A DNA stretch of 60,412 bases. It comes from Octopus bimaculoides. Taxonomy: Eukaryota. Below, piece by piece: positions 1 to 11,534 of this stretch (position 1 is the first letter of the stretch; the number at the start of each line of letters is the position of its first letter). The notes beneath the pieces are model-generated. The model saw only the letters and a list, made by a program, of their open reading frames with translations. It had not been told where the DNA came from and did no database searches. The translations under genes and the position numbers were made by a program. The stretch spans positions 78,375,014-78,435,425 of the forward strand of contig NC_068983.1 of assembly GCF_001194135.2 (NCBI RefSeq), in the 5' to 3' direction.

Positions 1-39
<39 letters not shown>

Positions 40-40
40 T

Positions 41-800
41 CATCATCATCCTTTAACGACTGTTGTCCATGTTGTCATGTGTCGGACGGTTTGACCAGGA
101 CTGGTAAACTGTGGGGCTGCACCAGACACCAGTCTGATTTGGCATGGTTTCTACAACTGCATCCCCTTCCTAACGCCAACCACTCTGAGAGTGTAATGGG
201 TGCTTTTACATGCCACTAGCACAGGTGCCAGTTGCATGGCGCCAGTATCTCTCATGACTACAATTTCACTTCTCTTGATGTGTCTTCTCAAGCACGACAT
301 ATTGCCAAAAGTCTCCATCATTTATCATTGATTCCATGAGACCCAACGCTTGAAAGGTACTTTTTATGTGTCATGGGTGCTGGTTACATGACACCAGCAT
401 TGGCTACATTGCCTCTGTGAGGTCGAATGCTCAAACGGTACCTTTTACGTGTCATCAGCATGGGTGGCAGTAACATCACACCAGCATCAGCCATGACTAT
501 GATTTCACTTCACTTGACATGTCTTCTCAAGCATGGCCTATCGCCAAAAGTCTTGGTAGCTAGTCATTGCCTCCATGAGGCACAATGGTCAAAGATCGTG
601 TTTTACCACCTCATCCCATGTCTTCCTGGGTCTGTCCCTTCCACTGGTTCCTTGCATAGTCTTTATGATCGACACGTCTTTACACAGCTGTCCTCATCCA
701 TATGCATCACATGACCATACCAACACAGTCGTCTCTCCACACCACATCTGATGCCTCCTGTGTCCAACTTTTCTCCCAAGATGCTTATACTCTGTTTCTT
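41..800 (-). mobile_element. RTE-clade LINE 3' fragment (RT C-terminus, 3' UTR, (ATG)n tail)
   Basis: Minus strand reads GIRCGVERRLCWYGHVMHMDEDSCVK... then RPRKTWDEVVKHDL...MLEKTCQ with stops and a frameshift. It is followed by the shared 3' UTR and a CAT-repeat tail at 41-51. The ORF-end segment occurs twice (about 276-360 and 515-600). Confidence 0.8.
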
Positions 801-862
801 TTCATAAATTTTACTTTTTGTTTAAGGTGCCAAGTCATCATCATCATCAAATTCTACTCAGG

Positions 863-2549
863 ATGTCAAGACATTGCAAGAACAGTCCTGATATATTTTG
901 CCATGTCTGTGGTTTATTTACCACCAAAGCTCAGCAACGTGCCATCACAAGTGAAATCAAGAAGATCTACCAGGTATTCTTTGACTGGTCTCTTGAGGAT
1001 CAAGATAAGAGTTGGGCCCTGCACATCATCTGCTCAGCTTGTTCAAATGGACTAAGGGATTGGCTAAATAAGAGGAAGAGAGCAATGCCGTTTGCAATAC
1101 CTATAATATGGAGAGATCCAAAGGATCATTTCATGGGCTGTTATTTCTGCAACGTTAATGTATGTAGGTTTATTGTAAAAACCAAACATAAGATTATGTA
1201 TCCCAAATTGGAAGCAACAAGAAGACCAGTACCACACAACGATGGTGATCTTTCTATACCAATACCACTAAAAAATGGCCTTCAGATGTCTGATGAAGAT
1301 GTATTCCCTGAAGAAAATACTACTGCTCTGGAAGACACCGAAGTGGATGCAGATTTCACGATTGAAAATGAAGATGTACCACAGAAATTTTCTCAGGGAG
1401 AGTTAAATGATTTAGTTAGAGATTTGTCATTGTCGAAGGATAAAACTGAACTATTAGCATCTCACCTACAAGAAAAGTGTCTGCTTAAGATAGATGTTTG
1501 TATTACTCATTTCAGGAAGAGGAATAGGGATCTGATTTCATGCTTCTCTGTTGACGGACCACTTTGTTTCAGTAATAACACTGATGAGTTATTTCGCTGT
1601 TTGTTCCTAGAGCATGTTCCAGCTGAATGGCGCTTATTCATTGATTCATCTAAGAGAAGCCTCAAGGCAGTACTACTACACAACGGCAATAAGAAACCAT
1701 CCATTCCCATAGGACATTCAGTGCACCTGAAGGAATGTTATGAAAATATGCAAGTACTCCTCAATGCCATAAAGTATACAAACTACAGCTGGAAAATCTG
1801 TGGAGACTTGAAAGTGATTGGAATGTTGATGGGAATGCAATCTGGGTTCACGAAATATTATTGCTTTTTATGCCTATGAGACAGTCGTGCAACTAACAAG
1901 CACTATGTGCAATCAGAGTGGCCTTTGCGAAAATCCTATGAGCCAAGAGTTTCTAGCATCCAGAGCATGCCACTTTTAAACCCAGAAAATGTTCTTCTAC
2001 CCCCTTTTCACATAAAGCTTGGCCTCATGAAACAATTCGTGAAGACACTTGCTAGGAAAAGCTCAAAAGGTTTTGAATATGTGAAGGCCAAATTTCCAAA
2101 AATCACCGAGGCAAAACTGAAGGAGGGCGTATTCATAGGTTTGCAGATAAAAGAACTCCTGAAGGACAACCACTTCCTCACAGCACTGGATGAGATTGAG
2201 CTTAAAACTTGGAAATTCTTCAAATGGCTCTGTGAAAATTTCCTAGGCAACATGAAATCTCTAGAGTTTAGAAATGGAGTGAAATGTCTTTTAGACTCCT
2301 ACACTGCAATGGGCTGCCAGATGTCACTAAAAGTCTATTTCCTTGATTCACATCTGGACTTTTTTTGCAGAGAACCTTGGAGCATTGTCTGATGAGTAAG
2401 GGGAACACTTTCATCAAGATATTGCATCGATGGAACAATGATATCAAGGATTTTGGAATGCAGGAATGTTAGCTGACTACTGTTGGATGTTATACAGGGA
2501 AAAACCTGTGACAAAACACCATAGAAAGTCCAAATCGCAAAGATTTTAA
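863..2549 (+). pseudogene. Chapaev3-type (CMC superfamily) DDE transposase, inactivated
   Basis: ATG at 863. N-terminal Cys/His region (CKNSPDIFCHVCG...DKSWALHIICSAC...WRDPKDHFMGCYFC). Putative catalytic D in LFIDSS (1643), D in CGDLK (1805) and E in GEHFHQDI (2403). ORFs 818-1879 and 1907-2392 are in one frame split by TGA at 1877 (CL*DSR). A +1 shift in the T7 run at 2360-2366 restores FFAENLGALSDE*GEHFHQDIASMEQ*YQG...RF* (stop 2547-2549). Family name is from recalled motifs. Confidence 0.8.
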
Positions 2550-2592
2550 GTTGTTATGCATTTGAGTGTATTCAAACTTATTTGTTTGTGAG

Positions 2593-2596
<4 letters not shown>

Positions 2597-2651
<55 letters not shown>
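2597..2651. repeat. (GT)n microsatellite
   Basis: Uninterrupted TG repeat of about 55 bp. Confidence 0.95.
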
Positions 2652-2653
<2 letters not shown>

Positions 2654-3171
2654 CAGCATCAACAACAAGCAGTGATTAGTGGGCAGCACTGGGCAGACAT
2701 GGTGTTTTTACACCTTTAACCATTAGTGAAATTTTTTTTCCTCCAGAATAAGTGTAGTGGATTTTTCTTTAGAAGTTGAAATGTCACAAACTTATTTTAA
2801 CATTTTAACTAACCTATTTAATTCATTTATTCCTTATCACTACGTGGCACTGGCGAAGCTATATTTATCCCAACCAGGCAATCCAATTGTGCAACTCAGT
2901 CACTGGTGTGGACTGTTTTTTCAATTAAATCTATGGCTTTGCATATGCCTAGGATTTTCTATCTTCAGTATTTCCCATTAAGGAAGGCTAAAGAACCAGA
3001 AACACACATCTGGGAATCTGATAGAAGAAAGCACTGGGCAAATATGGTCTTTTAACAAAAAAAGAAATTTTTCTCCATGGTAGCAGCAGTCAATTTGCCT
3101 TTGGAGTTATTTGAAATATGTCACAAACATATTTCAATTAACCTAAAGTTTGTAAATTACTGGTGTTATGT

Positions 3172-3380
3172 AAAAAGCACCCGTGCTGGTGCCACATAAA
3201 AGCAATCAAACTGGTGCTGTGTAAAAGCGCCCAATACACTCTGTAAAATAGTTGGCATTAGGAAGGGCATCTGGCCATAGAAACCATGCTGAAACAGACT
3301 TGGTGCCCAGACTGCTTTCCAGCTGACCAGCTCCAGTCAAACTATCCAACCCATACCAGATGTTCAATGATGATGATGAT
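3172..3380 (+). mobile_element. RTE-type 3' tail repeat (truncated LINE or RTE-tailed SINE)
   Basis: AAAAGCAC repeats, GTTGGCATTAGGAAGGGCATC, CCAACCCAT and a (ATG)n tail, matching the 3' UTRs at 41226-41795 and 50700-51000. Confidence 0.7.
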
Positions 3381-5364
3381 GAGGAGGAGGAGGAGGAGGA
3401 TGGATGGATGTAAAATGACTGGGACCAAACCTATCATCTGAATAAGTGCTGGCTGGAATGTTGATCTTGTTCAGGGATAAAAGAAATGTTATTTTGAATA
3501 AATGAAGAAAGATCATATCGATTTGGGGTATCTTACACTCATATGAGTATGCAACATTAATGGATGGCAAGACATAAATGAAATAGTATTGAGAAATGTT
3601 AGAATAAATCATACCTAAAACTAGATAACTGTTTTAAAAAAAACTGTCTGGAAAGTGCCTATATAAGTTAGTTTATAACTTTATGCCCTCATATAAAAAA
3701 GTAATTAGCTGGGTGAAACAAAACATTAACTTTGAAAATGATTTGCTCATTGAACATATCTTCATTATTACTGAGGACTAAAAGCATAATGTTTATCTTG
3801 TGGTCTCATCTCTTTCAGTAATTACAGCTTAGAAGAGAATCAGCCACCAAAACTACATAATGTCTTTTGTTTTGTAGTGAGGAACTTTAAGCACACCAAT
3901 ATTAATGGTCCATACCTTTAGTGAAATTATGTCAAATCTCATAAATATTATATATTTCAGTGTAACATTTTTGATAAGAAAATCAAATGTAGCAAAACGA
4001 GATGACTGGTGGTAAAAGATTATTAAACAGTATCTGTTTAAACATTTACAACATTATTCACATATCCAAATATCTTTATCAACAAATACAACAATAGAAA
4101 GTTAAGGACACTAAAGTCAGTTGATACACAAGAGAAACATTTTTCATATTAGATAAAAATTTAATTTTAAACTAATAAAGTTTATTGATGTAAGGGATAC
4201 AAAGTAGATGGTACAAAAATAGTAAATACTGGCTTGTTTTGTTTCCAAGCAGAACAATAGATTTGTGGATCACACCTAGTCAGTTGGCTAAGTAAACGAG
4301 GTTAACCTATGGACACATAACAATGACAAGGAAAACAACAAGTATTTGACTATATAGAAAGGGAGGGAGCAGATTAAATTTGTTGCCTGCCAGCCAAGTA
4401 ATCATTTGTTGAGTGACCAATGAGATGATGAACTGTAGACGTCCTTTCGAAACCATAGTCAAGACTCTAATGTTAAGCAGTGGTGAGACAACCACTGGTG
4501 AATTTTGGACAATGTTGATGGAACAAGTCTTGAGGCACATCCTTGAATGTGCCTGATCCATATGCAAATTGTAGCCACTTAATGATGACGATGATGATAG
4601 TGCTTGAGGTGGTATTGTAATGACTATGATGATGAAATAATTCAAGCGAAAGAAACAAAAATATAGAATTACTGCATCAACAAATCAATTAATATATTCA
4701 TTTATTATGTATAAATTCAAAGTCAAATCATGGAAGGTGTCTGAGTTTTAAAAAATCAGGCTAAAGCTAAACAGAAGATCAGTAATTACTTTTAAACATC
4801 CCTGAGATTTATAAGGTTCAATATAGCTGAAATTTTGCAATCTCTTATTTAAGTGCTAGTATTTTATTGAAATAATAAGTTGAGAAAATTATGCAAAATT
4901 GAAACTCAAATTCTAATGAAAAACATATTTGGCATCATGCAATGTATTAATTAAACATTTTGTTTTTGTCTAAAATAAGAATATTTATTTTGCTATGCAG
5001 TAATTTGATAGCTTCTGGTACAAAGAAAATACAAAGAAGGCTAAAGAAAATGAGAAAAAGTGCATTAAGAACATTTTATAGAAAGATACACCAAATAACA
5101 TATTTTAAAGAATCATTTAAAGTATAGTGCACGGTGCCTGAATATATCAGATGTATAAACAAATTTAAATGTGAAACAATAAATGAATAATTTTTTTACT
5201 ATCTTCTATAGTATTTGAAAAACCACATACTGACTTTTTAAAACACAAGTTTTACAGAACATATTCTAGTAGAATGGTTGGAGAGTGTCAGAATGATGCA
5301 GACACCTCTGATGAGAACCCAATAAGGTTCAAAAATTCACTAACCTTGTTCATCTTTTCATATA

Positions 5365-5765
5365 GGCGCAGGAGTGGCTGCTTGGTAAGTAGTTTGCTTA
5401 TCAACCACAATGTCCCGGGCTCATTCCCACTGCGTGGCACCTTGGGCAAGTGTCTTCTACTATAGCCTCGGGCCGACCAAAGCCTTGTGAGTGCATTTGG
5501 TAGACGGAAACTGAAAGAAGCCCATCGTATATGTGTATATATATATATGTATGTGTGTGTGTGTTTGTGTGTCTGTGTTTGTCCCCTCCAACATTACTTG
5601 ACAACTGATGCTGGTGTGTTTATGTCCCCTAACTTAACGGTTCGGCAAAAGAGACCGATAGAATAAGTACTAGGCTTCCAAAGAATAAGTCCTGGGATCG
5701 ATTTGCTCGGCTAAAGGCGGTGCTCCAGCATGGCCACAGTCAAATGACTCAAACAAGTAAAAGAG
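5365..5765 (+). mobile_element. tRNA-derived SINE, family A (CORE-like; resembles octopus OR-type SINEs), full length
   Basis: Head GGCGCAGGAGTGGCTG with A/B-box-like motifs, CORE-like CACCTTGGGCAAGTGTC, internal (TA)/(TG) tract and tail GAAACAAGTAAAAG. Homologous to 23308-23700 and 39484-39890. Confidence 0.8.
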
Positions 5766-6384
5766 TAGCCTATTTAAATTTCAGCCACTTCTGCACAGTG
5801 TTTATGGTCCAACTTCATTCTGGGACTTCAGAACAGTTGCTTGATATGCCTTTTCAATACTCCACAAACGAAAATGATTCTTAGACAATGATTCAGAGTG
5901 GAACAATGTCTTGGAAGAAACTGTAGTTTTATTTTCTCTAAGTGAAATGAGGAAATTTTTTGTCATCATTTTCTGTGCCTATTCACCATCAACAACTTTG
6001 GCATAGTCACCAGGATAAAATGATAGAAGATATTATAGCAAGTACAAAAATTCACACCTAGAATTTACCTTCACCATGTACAATCAAATACTGGTCCACA
6101 TTGAAGATTCTGTACAGTACATGCCTGGAGGAATGGTTGGAGAAATCTTATCATCATGATCATCATCCTCATGATCATCATCCTTAAAAGTCCACTTTCC
6201 CACACTCACATGGGTTAGATTGTGTGACAGGATGTAACAAGCCAGAGAACTGCATTATTCTTCAATGTTCACTTTGAGATGATTTCTATGGCTATAGGCC
6301 CTTCATAATGTATTCACACACTTTTGTGTGTGTGCATGCATGCATGCATGTGTGTATGTGAGTATGTGTGCATGTGTGTGTGTT

Positions 6385-6645
6385 TTACTGTCTCTTCATC
6401 TTGACTTCCTGAGATAATTGTAAGTCACTGTCACCATCATGCAAATGGTGTACTTTGCTTCTAATCTTTTATAGAAACAAGTCTGTTCACAAGGAAATAT
6501 TATTTCACCTGGAAACAGGTGAGGGGAAGCAATGGAAATGGCATCTGATGAAGAAAATGTGTCTCATCAAATGCTATCTGACCCATGCAAGCATGGTAAA
6601 GTGAGTGTTAAAATGATAATAATAATAATGATGATGATGATGATG
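6385..6645 (+). mobile_element. RTE-tailed interspersed repeat
   Basis: Ends in TCTGACCCATGCAAGCATGG...GTTAAAATGAT(AAT)(GAT)n. A related inverted copy lies at about 49715-49885. Confidence 0.6.
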
Positions 6646-7378
6646 TATGTAATATTCCTGAGAATAAGAAGTTCATTGGAACATGGTCAGGTCACTGAGA
6701 AGAAAGAGTTTTAAGTCAGAAATCTAAGTGTCACTATGCTTAATCCACAGACACGAGTCCAACAAAATATGTTCTGCTTAACATGCATGTACGCACACAT
6801 GCACACACACTCACACAAACTCACACACACACAGAGACAGACACATACATGCACTCATACATACATACACATGCTTGCATACACAAAATGGACTTCTTCA
6901 CACACACACATATGTATGTGTATATCCATGCTTGTGCTTATATTTACACTTTACATCTGCCTAAAAGACAGTTTTATTGTAAATGTCCTGAAATTTAGTA
7001 GTTCAACAAATATATATCAATAAAATAAGCATCTAACTGAAAGAGATACTGTAGATCAGTACAATCAACAAGACCTCTTGAACAGAGTGCCTCAATATGG
7101 TGGTTATCTAATGATTTGTTGCGTGAGAGTACAACGCCCTCTGGCAAGAATGGATTTGACCTCTAGATATAAATAGTAGTGGTCTGAGTAAGTGAGGTAG
7201 TTCATGCTAGCTTTTTTCTGGTTAGTTTAATCATTTTTGATCCCTGTTAGAGATGAGTCACTCTGTTAATTGTTGAAGGTCTCCCATAAGGGTGAACCTA
7301 ATTTTTGAACCTCATTGTTGAATTGTTGTTGCTGTTTTTTTTTTGCCCGTGAGTTTATATTTGTTTTCTTCCTCATTT

Positions 7379-7960
7379 ATGGGTAAAGTGGAAGAAAGAA
7401 GAATGGAGTGTGAACTAGTTCCAGCTAGCAGCTTTTCTTCAGCCACTGGAAGAAGTTTAACTGCAGACATATTACAGGCTCAAGAGGTGAAGATGGAGGA
7501 AAGGAAGTTGAAGGAGTTCAACGGACTGATCAAGAAGGAGGGAACCAGTTTGAGGTCGGAAGATTTTACAGCTAGTGTAACAAAGCAGACAGTAGTATAT
7601 AGAACGCTGTCTACGGCAATGAAGAGAATTGAAATAGCCACAGTGGAAGCCATAGAGAAGTGTTTGAAGGAGGTAAAAAGCCTCACAATATTCTACACCA
7701 GAGGAAGAAGATACAGCACAGTGGAGGTGAGGTTTGCTAGCGAACAAGAAGCAATAAACCACTCCAATGTGGCGCTAAGGACACCATAGTGGGTACTTCT
7801 GCCAACTTACTGTGGCAAACAAGTCACCAGAGTAACGATTGGCAGAGTACCCCTGGAGATTGAGGGGGAATGGCTTGTGGCAGCCATTATGTATAATATG
7901 GAGGAGGACAGAAAAGTGTTGAAATTAATGAGGATGAAATAGGTAAATTGGTGGGGATAT
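7379..7960 (+). pseudogene. ORF1-like (gag/RRM-like) fragment of a non-LTR retrotransposon
   Basis: Frame stays coherent through TAG at 7787 and TAG at 7940: IFYTRGRRYSTVEVRFASEQEA...P*WVLLPTYCGKQVTRVTIGRVPLEIEGEWLVAAI. The LLP-Y-G-R/K-x-TRV-I-x-VP pattern resembles Tx1/L1-type ORF1 proteins as I recall them. No ORF2 follows. Confidence 0.5.
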
Positions 7961-10900
7961 TTCACTTCTTCTGCTCATGATCAGCGATGCGCATATAGTC
8001 AGTCACTAAGGAACATGTTCAAGTAGTTGAAGTTAAGCAACTGGCAAGCAAATTTTTGGTATTAAGCAGAATATTTGCTATAATGGTATTTCTGCTTCAG
8101 CAACTCAGTGCTAAAACTGACTGAAATGTAATGGAGAATAGGTCAGTTTCAAAACATTGACGCCGAGGTCACAAAAGTAAAGTTTGAAGGGAATAGTAGT
8201 CATTTCCTTTGATTTCCAGATAGAAGTAAATAGGAAGTAACACTGACCAAAGACAAAATAAATAAATATTTTGTTATACAGCACTATTAACCAAAACCAT
8301 AACAAACAGCAAACATAATATTGGCTCAGAGTATCCCAGATTCTGTGGAATTAAGCCTGCCTATTCAGATTTGATCAAAGATTTGACATAATCTACGATA
8401 AATTAATTACATGGAATTTTGAGGTTTTATTAAGAATAATTTGGATTATACTCAACAGCATGAACAACACTAACTACAACCACTTTTCCTTCACAGTTAA
8501 CAAGACAAAGAAGGAGCTTCTATATGCTTGATCTGCTAGAAATAGTAGCTAAATCTCTTAAATCGCCCTCAACCATCAATCTTACACAGTGATATTTCGG
8601 ATAATGTGGTACTTGGTGCCTTGCATGTAAATGAAAAGATAGGCTGGTCATGGGATAGTCATGATGGGAATACCTTTTATCAAAGGTCTACTCAATCAGG
8701 ATTGTCTTCGGGTTAAATAACACCAATTTCACTCAAGTAAATGACTTTTATGGATACAGTTATATGTACGTGTGATAAAAGAAGTTTACTTCTCAACTAT
8801 GTTGTTTTATGTTTGACATCTCGTTGTTTTCTAGGCAAGAGTCTTCTTCTGGTTAACCAAAGCTTTGTGAATGAAATTTAGTAGACAGAAACTGTGCAGA
8901 ACCATGCCAGCAGGATTGTGTCTCTTCTTTGGTTGCAAACTTAATCTGTCACCCTGTTTAACACCACCACCAGACCCACCAGAACTTTTACTATGCAGAA
9001 ACTTCTCTATGGCAACCATTCAAGCTAGATCTTCAATCAGAACATAACTCTCTCTCTCTCTTTTTCTTAGCAGACATAGAGGCTCTGAAAAATCTTATTC
9101 ACAGTGCTGCCATTTTTTTCTCTGACTAAATCCTTAAATGTAGAAACTTTTGCTCCAAGAGAAATTCTGAAAATATACAGAATTCTCAGAAATAGTTTAC
9201 CCAAGTCATGATCTCATGGAAGTAAATAGAGATAAGAATGATGAAGTGAATGATATTACATATATTTCATACATTTTCTGTTATTAAAGATGAACACTTT
9301 TTGTTTTGTTTTGCAAAGAAATGTTAATGTTGTGACAAAAGATATATATGTATATAAATATGTATGTATGTATGTATGTATGCCTCTGTGTGTATGTATG
9401 TATGTATGTATGTATGTCTCTGTGTGTATGTATGCCTCTATGTGTATGTATGCCTCTGTGGGTATGTATGTATGTGTGTGTGTGTGTGTGTAATGGATTT
9501 TTTTGTTGATTTTTAGTTTTCATTCATAATACTGCCAAGGTTTACCTATAATTAGGATATGAAAAATGAAATTGATATTGTAGTGAATACATTTTTAGAG
9601 GCTGCTATGGTTGTTGGCAGCGATAATCATGATCAACATCATCATCATCATTTATGATCATTGCCTTCATCACTGTCATCAGCATCATCACCACCAGCAG
9701 CAACAGCATCAACAGCAGCAGTAGCAACATTTTCTTTTTCTTATACAAACATATGCAAAAAAATGCCATATTTATATGTGTGTGTGTGTGTGTGTGTGTA
9801 AACAAATATGAATAAATGATAGATTCTAGAGTATAGAGAATGGTGAAATGATAAAGTAATAAATACTGGGAAATAAATATATACATAAATAAATAAATAA
9901 ATAAATGGTAGAAAGAAATGTCATTGCTCTAAAGGAAGGGGAAAATGTCTTAGTATGAATGCAAAGCATTCTTTTACTGAGTTCTATATATGTAAAGTGA
10001 ATGCATGCAATAAACACAGTCTTGGATATTGAAGCCACCATGTGTGATGATGCTTCGTCATAGTCTGTCATTGACTAATAATATATTGTGTGCATTTGTG
10101 TGTGTGTGTGTGTGTGAGAGAGAGTATGCTGGTATACATGTGTATTTCTGTAGTATCTGTCCTTATATGTATGTGTGGATGTGCATGGTGAGTTTGTATG
10201 CGTTTGTGTGTGTGGTGTTAAGAAAATAATATAATCTTAAGAGCATTAACGTTGGTGTTTCTGTTTCAGTCACTTTTTTTTTTTTTAATTTTTTTTTTTA
10301 CATTTTTCTTCTGATTTTCCTATTTTGGTTTACTGAATGTATGGTGGGTAGAGGAAAATAAGATGATCATTTTTTTGTTTGTTTTTTTTATTATTTTTAT
10401 TTGTTTCTATTTTTCTCCTTTCCCTCCCCTCTCTCTCTCTTTCTCTCAAATTCTCTGTATGCCATCCATTTTATACAGGAGGAATAAAAACCTGTTGATC
10501 ATTCATAGTCAGACATTCATAGTCATACTGGATGTGATCAGACAAACAAAGAAAATAGTGGGGGGGGAAAGTCAAAAAAAAAAAAAAAACAAGAAAAAAG
10601 AACGAAAAGTGAAAGAAGAAAATTGGGGAGAAGGCACTGGAAATCAAGAAGGAAAATAATACTAAAAACAGCAACAAGAACAGCAATAATAACAATAACA
10701 ACAACAATAATAATAATAATGATAATAATAATAATAATAATAATAATAAATGATGAGTCTGAGTAACAACTGTTAAACTAACAATAATATGTGAAAACAT
10801 GAATACTCATACACATACACTAAGATGCAGACACTCACACATGCATATATATATATACATATACACACACACACATACTTATATGTATACATATATATAT

Positions 10901-11067
10901 ATATGTATGTGCGCACATATATATGTGTGTGTGTATGTATATATATATATATATANNNNNNNNNNNNNNNNNNNNNNNNNNNNNNNNNNNNNNNNNNNNN
11001 NNNNNNNNNNNNNNNNNNNNNNNNNNNNNNNNNNNNNNNNNNNNNNNNNNNNNNNNNNNNNNNNNNN

Positions 11068-11112
<45 letters not shown>

Positions 11113-11495
11113 CACGTATGTAGATTTGTACACAACACATACATCCCGAAACAAATCACAATTTCTGATTTTTATAACGATAAGCCACTACTTCAGAGAT
11201 GATGACCATCATAAGTGCTATTCTTAGCAGGAAATTAAAGTTCTCAGTTATTCAAGAACAGTCTATCAATGCAGCAACACTAAGAACTCACTGAAAAGAA
11301 CAACAGCTGGTTTTAAATCTTAGAAATTTTTCTCTTTCTCTCATTTACCTGCTTGCATTTTTTGTAAATTTATTTGTTCTTTTTCTTTCATTGTCCTTTT
11401 CTTCTTAACATCATAATATATATCTCCTGTTATAATTTTCTATGTATCTTGATATTTTTATATGTGGTTTGCTACTTCAATGTGTTTGCATTCTT

Positions 11496-11534
<39 letters not shown>

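Noticed and set aside
863-2549. Domesticated RAG1-like recombinase
   Set aside because: Three stops and a frameshift, no RAG2-like partner and no RSS-like termini nearby; it is a dead transposase.
4425-4556. 43-aa ORF MMNCRRPFETIVKTLMLSSGETTTGEFWTMLMEQVLRHILECA
   Set aside because: Short, no recognisable motif and no convincing splice sites, so expected by chance.
8831-9019. ORF MVAIEKFLHSKSSGGSGGGVKQGDRL...
   Set aside because: The 3' part overlaps a SINE A fragment, there is an in-frame stop immediately upstream, and I recognise no homology.
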